A stretch of DNA of 64,000 bases. Source: Chloroflexota bacterium. Lineage in GTDB: Bacteria; Chloroflexota; Anaerolineae; Anaerolineales; VGOW01. Of the stretch, positions 19,867-28,338 are shown in pieces. The translations under genes were made by a program, and so were the position numbers. Numbering within the stretch: position 1 is the stretch's first letter; every line of letters begins with the position of its first letter. The stretch is from the NCBI GenBank assembly GCA_016197225.1, contig JACPWC010000009.1, positions 357 through 64,356 on the forward strand. Direction: 5' to 3'. The notes beneath the pieces were generated by a model. That model was not told the origin of the DNA and ran no database searches. It worked only from the letters and a program-made list of their open reading frames with translations.

Positions 19867-20250
19867 TCAGACTTTCTCGCCGCAATACGGGCAGGCCTTC
19901 CAGCCCGGTTGAAGCGGCTTGCCGCAGTGAGCACAACCCGTTGTCACCCCCGGCGGCTGAGGCGCGTTGGAGGCGGCCACGCTTTTCACCAGCCACACTA
20001 CGCCCAGCGCCACCAGGCCGACGAACAACAAAGGCACAACCAACATGCCGAAGCCAAAGAACGGCATTCCAAACCCGCCCATCATGCCTCTACCTCCAAA
20101 CATGTGCCCCGGCCCCATCATGCCGTAGCCGTTCCATGCCGATTGCGGCGCGAAGAACGGGTACACAGTCGAAAAGACAAAAGCGAGCACGATCAGCACT
20201 ACGCTGATCCCGATTATCCATTGAAGTCCTTTACTCATTTTAGCCTCCAT
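19867..20250 (-). CDS. Small membrane protein with Met/Gly-rich loop and C-terminal zinc ribbon
   Basis: Two TM segments, GMMGPGHMFGGRGMMGGFGMPFFGFGM, and C-terminal CAHCGKPLQPGWKACPYCG. Confidence 0.7.
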   Translation of the reverse strand: MEAKMSKGLQWIIGISVVLIVLAFVFSTVYPFFAPQSAWNGYGMMGPGHMFGGRGMMGGFGMPFFGFGMLVVPLLFVGLVALGVVWLVKSVAASNAPQPPGVTTGCAHCGKPLQPGWKACPYCGEKV

Positions 20251-20320
20251 CAGGTTAATAAGTCGCAGAGCGAGTTGCCAACTCGCTCCACAACACTTGA
20301 AAACTCATCCGCGCGCTTCT

Positions 20321-20815
20321 TTACGGATTGGTTTGCGCCGGTGCCATCGGGCAGTTGCCGCCGAAACCGCGTCCGGCCATCCGGCTCATGCGGCTCGCCA
20401 TCCAATCGGCTTGGGCCTGGGTGAGAGCGCCGTCGGCCACAGCCTGAGCCAGCGCCACCGCGCGAGCATCGGCCATGATCTTGACGAAATCTTCGCGGCT
20501 GAGGCCTTGCGCCAGCGCGATCTGGGCCGGGGTTTCGCCGGTGGCGATGCGGGCGTCCAACTCTTCACGAGACAGGTCGAGGGCTTTCGCCAGTTCGTCG
20601 AGCATGGCATCATGCATGAGGCCGTTACCCGTGCTTTGGTACATCATGCGCCCGTGTTGACCGTAGCCGCCCATCATGCCGCTACCAGAGCCAGGGCCGT
20701 AGCCTGGCGTGGGCGGGGTTGCGCCTTGGGCGTAAGCAGGGCCGGCCAGTACAAATGAGGCGAGCGCCAGAGCCAGCACGGCAATTCCGGTGATGACGAT
20801 CAGTTTTTTGTTCAT
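20321..20815 (-). CDS. Secreted Met/Gly-rich helical protein
   Basis: Start chosen at MNKKLIVITGIAVLALALASFVLAGPAYA (signal peptide). Followed by GSGSGMMGGYGQHGRMMY, helical repeats (LSREELDARI..., LTQAQADWM) and C-terminal GFGGNCPM. Confidence 0.6.
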   Translation of the reverse strand: MNKKLIVITGIAVLALALASFVLAGPAYAQGATPPTPGYGPGSGSGMMGGYGQHGRMMYQSTGNGLMHDAMLDELAKALDLSREELDARIATGETPAQIALAQGLSREDFVKIMADARAVALAQAVADGALTQAQADWMASRMSRMAGRGFGGNCPMAPAQTNP

Positions 20816-21109
20816 ATAGTCTCCATTTCGTATTTCAGTCACGTCTGTGACCATGTTTTCCTGGCCCTGACAATAGTGGAGAGGTGTGAAGAAGTTATGA
20901 AAACGGGCTGAAAAGGTGGTGGAGTGTGGCCGCCTCTGTTTTTGAGGCGTTTTGGGAGGCCGTCCCCTTCTTAAACACGGCGGATTCCCCTGAGTAATGG
21001 ACACCTGTCAGAATTCGGAGTGATATTAGTCACTTTTCGGATGTGTCCAACTACCGTAGAGTTAATCAAGAGTTGCCCTACCACGTTGGGCAGATTTACG
21101 GAGGATGTT

Positions 21110-21541
21110 ATGCAGATAACACGACAGGCCGATTATGCAGTGCGAGCAATGGTTCATCTGGCCCGGCTGAAGTCGGGTCAGCGGGCGTCAACCAGCCAGA
21201 TTTCAGAAGAGCAACGCATCCCTTTGACTTTTCTGGCAAAGATTGTCTCCCAGCTTTCGGTGGCCGGGCTGTTACACACCACGCGCGGGGCGCGGGGTGG
21301 CGTGGCGCTGGCCCGTCCTGCCGACGAGATTAGCTTGCTGGAAGTGGTGGAGGCGATTGACGGGCCAATGGCGCTTAACGAATGCACTTCGGATACTGAG
21401 GCTTGCCTGCTGGGCGAAGAGTGCGTCGTGCGCGACGTGTGGTGTGAAGCCCGCGCCGATTTGGTGAAGCGGTTGGCGAAAACAAAATTCAGCCAGTTTG
21501 TGAACGGCAAAAGCAACGCGGTTCCCGTCGCGCCTGCCTGA
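21110..21541 (+). CDS. Rrf2-family transcriptional regulator (three clustered Cys, possible Fe-S ligands)
   Basis: MQITRQADYAVRAMVHLA..., GLLHTTRGARGGVALARP, and the Cys cluster NECTSDTEACLLGEEC. Confidence 0.9.
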   Translation: MQITRQADYAVRAMVHLARLKSGQRASTSQISEEQRIPLTFLAKIVSQLSVAGLLHTTRGARGGVALARPADEISLLEVVEAIDGPMALNECTSDTEACLLGEECVVRDVWCEARADLVKRLAKTKFSQFVNGKSNAVPVAPA

Positions 21542-21583
21542 AACTTCAGGCCAGCTTCCAATTCCGCTTGATTTATAATCCGG

Positions 21584-21622
21584 CACGCAAAACGCAAACG
21601 CGGCGCGTTTACGTTTTGCGTG
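21584..21622 (+). terminator. 19-bp hairpin built from ACGCAAA repeats downstream of the Rrf2 gene
   Basis: CACGCAAAACGCAAACGCG / CGCGTTTACGTTTTGCGTG (18 of 19 complementary), followed by ...CCTTTTGC. Confidence 0.5.
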
Positions 21623-21662
21623 TCACGCCTTTTGCAAGCCACGCAGCCAGGAGCTATTCACC

Positions 21663-22748
21663 ATGAATATTGGTGTCCCGCGAGAACGCCGGCCCGACGA
21701 GAATCGAGTCGGCCTCACGCCCGCCGGAGTCGAATTATTGGCCGCCGACGGGCATCATTTTTATATTGAGAAAGGCGCAGGGCTGGGGGCCGGGTTCAGC
21801 GACGACGACTTCGCCCGCGCCGGCGCGCAGATTGTGTATTCCGGCGAAGAAGCTTATGGCCGGGCCGACCTGGTGGTGAAGGTGGCCCGGCCCACTGCCG
21901 AAGAACTGGTCTGGCTTAGAGCCGGGCAAACGGTGATGGCTTTCTGGCATCTGGCCTCGGCCTCGGCGGACAACATCGAAACCCTGCTCCGCCAGAAGAT
22001 TACGGCCCTGGCCTACGAAACCATTCAGGCCGAGGACGGCACTCTGCCAGTGCTCATGCCTATGAGCCAGATTGCCGGGCGCATGGCGGCTAACATTGCT
22101 GCCGCCCTGTTACGCAACGATCGCGGCGGCAAAGGCATTCTGCTGGGCGGCGTGCCCGGCGTGCCCCCGGCGCAGGTTGTTATTTTGGGCGCAGGCGTGG
22201 TGGGCACCAACGCCGCCCGCGCCTTCTCCGGGCTGGGAGCCGCTGTTTACGTTTTAGATCACGATCTTGCCAAGCTGGAACGGCTCTCCGAGCTGGACAG
22301 CCACATCGTCACTATGGTTTCGCACGCCTTCAACGTTCGCAAGGCTGTGCGCTTCGCCGACGTGCTGGTGGGCGCGGTGCTGGTGCCAGGCTCGCGCGCG
22401 CCGGTCATCGTTTCGCGCGAGATGGTGCGCGAGATGAAGCCACGTTCGATTATTATTGACGTTGCCATTGATCAGGGCGGGTGTGTGGAAACCAGCCGCC
22501 CTACCAATCACCGCGCGTCCACCTTCATCACCGAAAACATGATTCATTACTGCGTGCCCAACATGCCGGGCGTGCTAGGCCGAACGGCCACCCACGCCCT
22601 GGGCAACGCCATGTGGCCCTTCCTGCAATTGATCGCCGGCAAGGGGGTTGATGCCGCCATCTCCCAAAACACGGCGCTCGCTCGTGGGGTCGTCACCCAT
22701 GCCGGAAAAGTCATCGCGCCCACTCTGGCTGGAGAAGCGGCCCGATGA
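21663..22748 (+). CDS. ald: Alanine dehydrogenase
   Basis: MNIGVPRERRPDENRVGLTPAGV..., NAD-binding VVILGAGVVGTNAA, length 361 aa. Confidence 0.88.
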   Translation: MNIGVPRERRPDENRVGLTPAGVELLAADGHHFYIEKGAGLGAGFSDDDFARAGAQIVYSGEEAYGRADLVVKVARPTAEELVWLRAGQTVMAFWHLASASADNIETLLRQKITALAYETIQAEDGTLPVLMPMSQIAGRMAANIAAALLRNDRGGKGILLGGVPGVPPAQVVILGAGVVGTNAARAFSGLGAAVYVLDHDLAKLERLSELDSHIVTMVSHAFNVRKAVRFADVLVGAVLVPGSRAPVIVSREMVREMKPRSIIIDVAIDQGGCVETSRPTNHRASTFITENMIHYCVPNMPGVLGRTATHALGNAMWPFLQLIAGKGVDAAISQNTALARGVVTHAGKVIAPTLAGEAAR

Positions 22749-24049
22749 ACTGGCAGAATCTCTACAAAGATCGACTCCAGACCGCCGAGCAGGCCGTCCT
22801 GCGCATCCACTCGAACATGCGCATCTTTCTCACTGGCAACTGCTCGGTTCCGCAAAAAGTGCTGGAGGCCCTCACCGCCCGCGCCCCGCAGTTAACGAAC
22901 GTCGAAATCGCGCAAGTGCTCACTATCGGCTCGGCGGACTATGTTGCCCCAGAGATGGACGGCCACCTGCGCGTCAACACCCTCTTCATCAGCGAGAATG
23001 TGCGCGCCGCCGTGAACGATGGCCGGGCCGACTTCTCCCCCTGCTTCCTCTCCGAAATCCCCGACCTCTTCCGGTCTGGCCGCCTCCCGCTGGACGTGGC
23101 CTTGATCCAGGTCTCACCGCCCGACGATCACGGCTTCTGCTCCTTCGGCGTCGAAGTCGGCGTCACCAAACCGGCGGCGCAATCGGCCAAACTCGTCATC
23201 GCCGAGATCAACCCGCGCATGCCGCGCACGCTCGGTGACTCGTTCATCCACATCTCCAAGCTCAACGTCATCGTGCCGGTAGACTACGCCCTGCCCGAAG
23301 TGCACATGGCCTCCAGCGACGAAGTCACCGAGCGCATCGCCGATTACGCCGCCAGCCTGATCCCCGACGGCGCAACTCTGCAAACCGGCATCGGCGCTAT
23401 CCCCGATGCTGTGCTCAAGCGGCTGGTGGATCGCAAAGACCTTGGCATCCACACCGAACTGTTTTCGGACGGGGTGATTGATCTGGTAAACCGGGGCGTG
23501 ATCAACGGCGAGAAAAAGACTCTGCACCCCGGCAAGATGGTGGCCGGGTTTCTGCTGGGCACGCAAGGGCTGTACGACTTCGTCAACGACAACCCCATCG
23601 TCGAACTGCACCCCAGCGACTACGTCAACGACCCGTTCATCATCGCCCAGAACGCCAACATGGTTGCCATCAACTCGGCTATCGAGGTAGACCTGACCGG
23701 CCAGGTATGCGCCGACAGCATCGGCCCGCGTTTCTACAGCGGCGTGGGCGGCCAGGTGGATTTTATTTACGGCGCGTCGCGTTCCAAAGGCGGCATCCCC
23801 ATCATCGCCCTGCCCGCCAAGTTGACCAAGAAGGACGGCTCCGGCCTGAGCAAGATTGTCGCCATGCTCAAACAAGGGGCAGGCGTCACCACCTCACGCA
23901 ACCACGTTCATTACGTCGTCACCGAGCACGGCGTGGCCGACCTCTACGGCAAAACCATCGCCGGGCGGGCCGAGGCGCTTATTGCCATTGCCGCGCCGGA
24001 GTTTCGAGATGAGTTAACGCAAATGGCAAAAGAACTGAAATATTTGTAG
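22745..24049 (+). CDS. Acetyl-CoA hydrolase/transferase family protein (4-hydroxybutyrate CoA-transferase-like)
   Basis: ELFSDGVIDL, GVGGQVDFIYGA and the overall 434-aa architecture. ATGA overlap with ald. Confidence 0.85.
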   Translation: MNWQNLYKDRLQTAEQAVLRIHSNMRIFLTGNCSVPQKVLEALTARAPQLTNVEIAQVLTIGSADYVAPEMDGHLRVNTLFISENVRAAVNDGRADFSPCFLSEIPDLFRSGRLPLDVALIQVSPPDDHGFCSFGVEVGVTKPAAQSAKLVIAEINPRMPRTLGDSFIHISKLNVIVPVDYALPEVHMASSDEVTERIADYAASLIPDGATLQTGIGAIPDAVLKRLVDRKDLGIHTELFSDGVIDLVNRGVINGEKKTLHPGKMVAGFLLGTQGLYDFVNDNPIVELHPSDYVNDPFIIAQNANMVAINSAIEVDLTGQVCADSIGPRFYSGVGGQVDFIYGASRSKGGIPIIALPAKLTKKDGSGLSKIVAMLKQGAGVTTSRNHVHYVVTEHGVADLYGKTIAGRAEALIAIAAPEFRDELTQMAKELKYL

Positions 24050-24166
24050 GTCTGCATTCCTAGTTCTTTGGGATTAAGTGGGGTAAAGCCCGTCTTACCA
24101 CAGAGCGCACAGAGAACACGGAGATCTTTTACTCTTCTCCACTATAATCAGCGGCGGGAGGTCGCC

Positions 24167-26077
24167 ATGCGTCACTCAAAACCCGTCCACTTCACCCTCA
24201 GCCTGATTCTCCTCGTCACAACACTCGCCGCCGCGCCTGTCCAAACTCCAATTGAAGCAGGCTCTCAACGCGAAACCACCGCCCAAATCCTGGCGCGGCT
24301 CGGCGGGCAACCTTGCCCGAATAGCGATTTCACCTGTGTCACCCTCACCGTGCCGCTCGATCATTTCAATCCTGCTGACCCGCGCACGACAGATGTGGTC
24401 TTTGCCGTCCTGCCTGCCACCGGCAAGCGCAAAGGCATGTTCGTCACGGCCACCGGCGGGCCGGGCACTTCGGGTCTGTCCGCCGCCGACTCCTACACTG
24501 CCGCCTTCGATCCCAGCATCCCCAAACGTTTCGACATCGTCTTCTTCGATCAGCGGGGCGTTGCGGCCTCGGGCGAGCTGACCTGCCCGGATGCCGCCGC
24601 TGCGTTTTACCAAACCGACAGCCGGGCCGAGACGCCTCAACAGGAGGCCGCCCTCAAAGCTGCTGCGCAGACTCTTGCCAATGACTGCGTAAGCGAAATG
24701 GGCACGCCGAGCACCCTGCCCTATCTCGGCACGGCGCAAGCCGTGGAAGATTTGGAAACGTTCCGCCAATTATTGGGTGACCAGAAATTCTGGCTATACG
24801 GCGAGAGCTATGGCACGCAATACGCGCAAACCTACGCCGCCGCCCACCCCGAGCATCTGGCCGGGTTGATGCTGGATGGCACGGTTGATCTCACTCTGAC
24901 CGGCGTCGAATTCCTCACTCAGCAAGCGCAGGCTTTCAACGATGTGCTGGTGCTGACTCAGCAGGCCTGTAATGACGATCCGGCCTGCGCCGCCGACTCT
25001 GGCGGGGATGCGTTGGCCGCCTACGACCAATTGGCCAAGCGTCTCAAACGCTCACCCCGCACGTTCCGCTTCCCCCTGCCCAACGGCGGCTACGCCAAAC
25101 GCACCTTCAGTTTCGGTGATTTGGAAACCACTGCCGCCGGTCAGCTTTATAGCGAAGGCGACCGCATGTTGTTCCAGCGCGCCCTGGCCGCCACCACGCG
25201 CGGCGATATCGTCCCTCTTGCGCGTTTGCTCTACCTCTCGCTCGGCCTCGACCCGCAAACGCTCGACGCCGTTCCCGATCCAACTTTTTCGGACGGCATG
25301 TACTACGGTGTGGAGTGTCAGGATTATTCTTACTTCACCGGCTCGCCCGATCAACGCGCTGAAAAATACGTCCGCGCCGGCGACGCTATTGACTTCAACA
25401 TCCCTCGACTCGCCTCAATCTTCTACGGCGACTTGCCCTGCACTTACTGGCCGGATGCCACTCAGAATGAGACGCGGCCTGCGCCCTTGATCGCCGACGG
25501 CATCCCCACCCTGGTGCTGGGGGCTACCGCCGACCCGGCCACCCCGGTGGGCAACGGGATCAGCGTCCATCAACATTTGGCGAACGGTTACCTCATCACC
25601 CAACAAGGCGGCCCGCACGTGATCTTCGGTCGGGGTAATGCCTGCCCGGATGATCTCGTCACTGCGTTTCTGGTGAAGGGTAAAGTTCCGGCTCAACGTA
25701 AAACCGAGTGCGAGGGAGTGGTGGCCGACGACTATGTGGCGTTTGCCCCGGTGAGCGCCGCCGCCTTCGCCTCACCGCTCGAAGCATTCGAGTCCGCCGA
25801 GAGTGAGATCAACTACCTGCCGGAATACTATTACTGGGACGGTGCGACTCAAACAAACGTCGGCTGCCCCTTCGGCGACGGCACGATGTCGTTTGAACCG
25901 GACGGGAACAATTACAAATTCACGTTCAGCAACTGCGCCTTCTCGCGCGGCTGGACGATGACGGGTGGGGGCAGTTTCAACCCGAATAAAGACCGCTTCG
26001 TTCTGGAAGTAATCGTCCGAGGCGTAGCGTATAAATACGTGCGCGACGGCGACAAGACGAAGGTGACGACAAAATAA
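24167..26077 (+). CDS. Secreted alpha/beta hydrolase, S33/TAP-like peptidase
   Basis: Signal-like N-terminus MRHSKPVHFTLSLILLVTTLAAAP, nucleophile elbow GESYGTQYA, and DQRGV. Confidence 0.8.
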   Translation: MRHSKPVHFTLSLILLVTTLAAAPVQTPIEAGSQRETTAQILARLGGQPCPNSDFTCVTLTVPLDHFNPADPRTTDVVFAVLPATGKRKGMFVTATGGPGTSGLSAADSYTAAFDPSIPKRFDIVFFDQRGVAASGELTCPDAAAAFYQTDSRAETPQQEAALKAAAQTLANDCVSEMGTPSTLPYLGTAQAVEDLETFRQLLGDQKFWLYGESYGTQYAQTYAAAHPEHLAGLMLDGTVDLTLTGVEFLTQQAQAFNDVLVLTQQACNDDPACAADSGGDALAAYDQLAKRLKRSPRTFRFPLPNGGYAKRTFSFGDLETTAAGQLYSEGDRMLFQRALAATTRGDIVPLARLLYLSLGLDPQTLDAVPDPTFSDGMYYGVECQDYSYFTGSPDQRAEKYVRAGDAIDFNIPRLASIFYGDLPCTYWPDATQNETRPAPLIADGIPTLVLGATADPATPVGNGISVHQHLANGYLITQQGGPHVIFGRGNACPDDLVTAFLVKGKVPAQRKTECEGVVADDYVAFAPVSAAAFASPLEAFESAESEINYLPEYYYWDGATQTNVGCPFGDGTMSFEPDGNNYKFTFSNCAFSRGWTMTGGGSFNPNKDRFVLEVIVRGVAYKYVRDGDKTKVTTK

Positions 26078-26249
26078 GGCCACAGGCGCGCCGGAGCAAC
26101 AGCCGGCATGAGCATTGGATGAGAGTGAACCCTGCGAGACGCGCAGAGAAAATATTTGCGCTCTCACAGTTTTCTAATTGCGCCCGCTCTTCATCACAAA
26201 CATAATTCCCATTCGCCACCTGATCAAAAGCAACGATAATAAACTTTAA

Positions 26250-27110
26250 ATGAACGACACGGCTTACATCACCATCCCGTCCAACCAGGCGCTTAAAAAA
26301 GAAAGCGGCTGGAAACGCATTGGGGCTTCCAACGAGTCGCACTATGCTGTTCGATGCCATTTTGTGATTCGTGAGCGCCAGTTGAGCGAGCCGGTGAAGA
26401 TGGGCGAGATCGTTGACGCTTACACGTCGGTCAAAGGTCTGGAGCAGAAGAAGACGCGAACCATCAAGGTTGAACACACCACCGTCAACCTCACGGAAGC
26501 CCTCCGGCAGTCTTTGCTCGAAGAAGAAGCGCTGGCCGAGTTTACGTCGGCGCTCTCGCTGGGGCTTGGCTCGGAGGCGCTGGGGAAAATTGCCGGCGAG
26601 GTGGCCGCCAAAGCCCAGGGCCGCCTGAGCGAAACGTTCAGCCGGAGCTTCAAGGTTCAACGCTCGCAGACCGCGCGGCAGGAAGATACAATTGAGTGGG
26701 AATTTACGGTGGATCCAAAAGAATTTCCTGAAGGGGCCAGGATCGTTCTAGCCAGAGGTTACAAGAAGCACGCTTACGACTTCTACCTGGCTCTGGTGGA
26801 CTATCTTCAGGTTGAGTACGTCAAACGTTCCCTGTTCTCAAAGCTGGAACGAGTCAAATCACCGCCGCCGACTCACCTCAGACCTTCCAACATCATCCGG
26901 TGCAACTTGCCGCTGGCCTCCATTCAGTTCTGGAAGCCGCTGAGGAACACTTTTTTGCCGATCCCGGAGACGGTTTACCAGAACGAGGTGGAAGACCCGC
27001 TCGAAATCAAAGTCCTGCCGCTAACCGGGGCGCGCCCCTTCCACGCCACAGCGCCCATCCGGCCTTCCCTCTACAAATTATCGAATTTCGCCTTTCCGGC
27101 GAAGCGATAA
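26250..27110 (+). CDS. Hypothetical cytoplasmic protein, no recognisable domain
   Basis: 286-aa ORF with protein-like composition. The overlapping antisense ORF (25977..26660) is Arg-rich junk. No motif recognised. Confidence 0.55.
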   Translation: MNDTAYITIPSNQALKKESGWKRIGASNESHYAVRCHFVIRERQLSEPVKMGEIVDAYTSVKGLEQKKTRTIKVEHTTVNLTEALRQSLLEEEALAEFTSALSLGLGSEALGKIAGEVAAKAQGRLSETFSRSFKVQRSQTARQEDTIEWEFTVDPKEFPEGARIVLARGYKKHAYDFYLALVDYLQVEYVKRSLFSKLERVKSPPPTHLRPSNIIRCNLPLASIQFWKPLRNTFLPIPETVYQNEVEDPLEIKVLPLTGARPFHATAPIRPSLYKLSNFAFPAKR

Positions 27111-27139
27111 CTTTAGCGCCTGTCTTGGAATTCAAAAAT

Positions 27140-27166
27140 GTAGGGCGATTTGGCAAATCGCTCTAC
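27140..27166. repeat. Palindromic REP-like element GTAGGGCGATTTGGCAAATCGCTCTAC (copy 2 of 2)
   Basis: Near-identical to 7414-7440. Sits between convergent genes. Confidence 0.6.
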
Positions 27167-27189
27167 AGAAACCGCATCAGGAATTTGCT

Positions 27190-28089
27190 CTAGCCCCGCC
27201 AAAACGGCCTCGTCAAGCATGTCGGCCCGCCCGCGCCTTTGATGGAAATGTCGCTTCCGTCGTAAGTCCACACTTCAACTCCCTCGGCCTCCAGCCGCGC
27301 CCGGGTAATCGGGTTGCCGGCGATCATGATCGCCTTGCGCGGGGCGACGGCCAGCACGTTGCAGGCCATCGAGTCGTATTCTTCATCCGGCACTTCCACC
27401 AATTTAACGCCACGCTTGATCAGCCATTGGCGAAACGGAACCGGAAGGAGCCGGGAATACACGACGGCCAAATCGTGATCAATCGGGCTGATGTTCGACA
27501 TCAAATGCAAACAATCAGCCGGCCCTGTCCAGTGCGGCAGTGGCACGGCAATCACCTCATCCACCAGATCGCCCAGCAGAGTCCGCAGTTGCCGAATGCC
27601 TTCGGCGTTGGTGCGGTAGCCCTCGCCCACCGCCACCGTCCGCTCGTCAACCCAGATGACATCGCCGCCCTCCAGCAAACCCTCGCCGGTGACGCGGCCC
27701 AAAATCGGCACGCCGATCTGCTCAAAGAATTTGCCCGCCGCCTCCGGCTCGTTTCGACGCGCAACCTTGCCCATGTTGCACAAGACTGCGCCCCGGTTGG
27801 AGACGATGACCGGATCGTGAACGTACACCGAATCTAAGGTGACGCCGTCGTTTGTTGGCAGATACGTGATCTCGGCCCCGACCCGGCTCAACAATGTCAC
27901 CAACTGCTCGTGCTGGGCGGCGGCCACGTGAAAGTCTGGCTCGCCAAAATAATTCAGTTCGCGCCACTGGGCCGAGACACTCGCCTGACTGATATAAGCC
28001 TCCTGCGGGCGCTTGAGCAGGACGCCTTTGATTTCGCCGACGTTGGACTGGCAACCGTATGATGTCATCTGAAAGTTCCTCCGGGCCAC
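27190..28089 (-). CDS. Amidinotransferase-superfamily enzyme (DDAH / arginine deiminase-like)
   Basis: C-terminal catalytic motif KGAGGPTCLTRP, LHLMS, and EGGDVIWVDERTVAVG. Confidence 0.8.
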   Translation of the reverse strand: MARRNFQMTSYGCQSNVGEIKGVLLKRPQEAYISQASVSAQWRELNYFGEPDFHVAAAQHEQLVTLLSRVGAEITYLPTNDGVTLDSVYVHDPVIVSNRGAVLCNMGKVARRNEPEAAGKFFEQIGVPILGRVTGEGLLEGGDVIWVDERTVAVGEGYRTNAEGIRQLRTLLGDLVDEVIAVPLPHWTGPADCLHLMSNISPIDHDLAVVYSRLLPVPFRQWLIKRGVKLVEVPDEEYDSMACNVLAVAPRKAIMIAGNPITRARLEAEGVEVWTYDGSDISIKGAGGPTCLTRPFWRG

Positions 28090-28101
28090 ATTATAAATTA
28101 G

Positions 28102-28335
28102 ACCTTATCGGAAATAAGCTCATAGCCCGCGTCCTCGCGGGCCCCTTCGGGCAACCGCGTTCCACAAAGAAAAAAGGCTCTACCAGATTTAACGTGAAAA
28201 AAAGTTTTGGGACGCAGACGCTCTGCGCGCTGATTTTCGCTGATAAAAACAAAATCTGCGTTCATCTGCGTGAATCTGCGTCCTAAAACCTTTTGGTTGC
28301 GGCTTGAAGCCGCGCTATGTTATTCCCGATAAGGT
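28102..28335. repeat. MITE-like palindromic element (about 234 nt) with terminal inverted repeats ACCTTATCGGAAATAA / TTATTCCCGATAAGGT
   Basis: TIRs match 15 of 16. Further internal complementary segments are present, plus a central core (28197-28260) that recurs at 33377-33441. Confidence 0.5.
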
Positions 28336-28338
28336 TTA

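Noticed and set aside
19782-19934. N-terminal extensions of several ORFs that run through repeat elements (19782..19934, 7397..7456, 24068..24166, 44371..44541, 50098..50136, 20816..21004, 36513..36755, 36093..36533, 39936..40193)
   Set aside because: The extensions translate repeat or antisense sequence. Conserved protein N-termini with SD-like sequences start further downstream.
20268-20288. Perfect palindrome GAGCGAGTTG-C-CAACTCGCTC between the secreted Met-rich protein gene and the Zn-ribbon gene, considered as an operator for the adjacent response regulator
   Set aside because: OmpR-type regulators usually bind direct repeats, and the site is intercistronic rather than upstream of the operon. 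It is more likely a simple mRNA hairpin. The evidence is insufficient to call it.
25977-26660. 227-aa minus-strand ORF overlapping the 5' half of hypothetical gene 26250..27110
   Set aside because: The translation is Arg/Leu/Gly-rich and runs across the end of the hydrolase gene. The plus-strand ORF has balanced composition and a sensible spacer, so the plus strand was kept.
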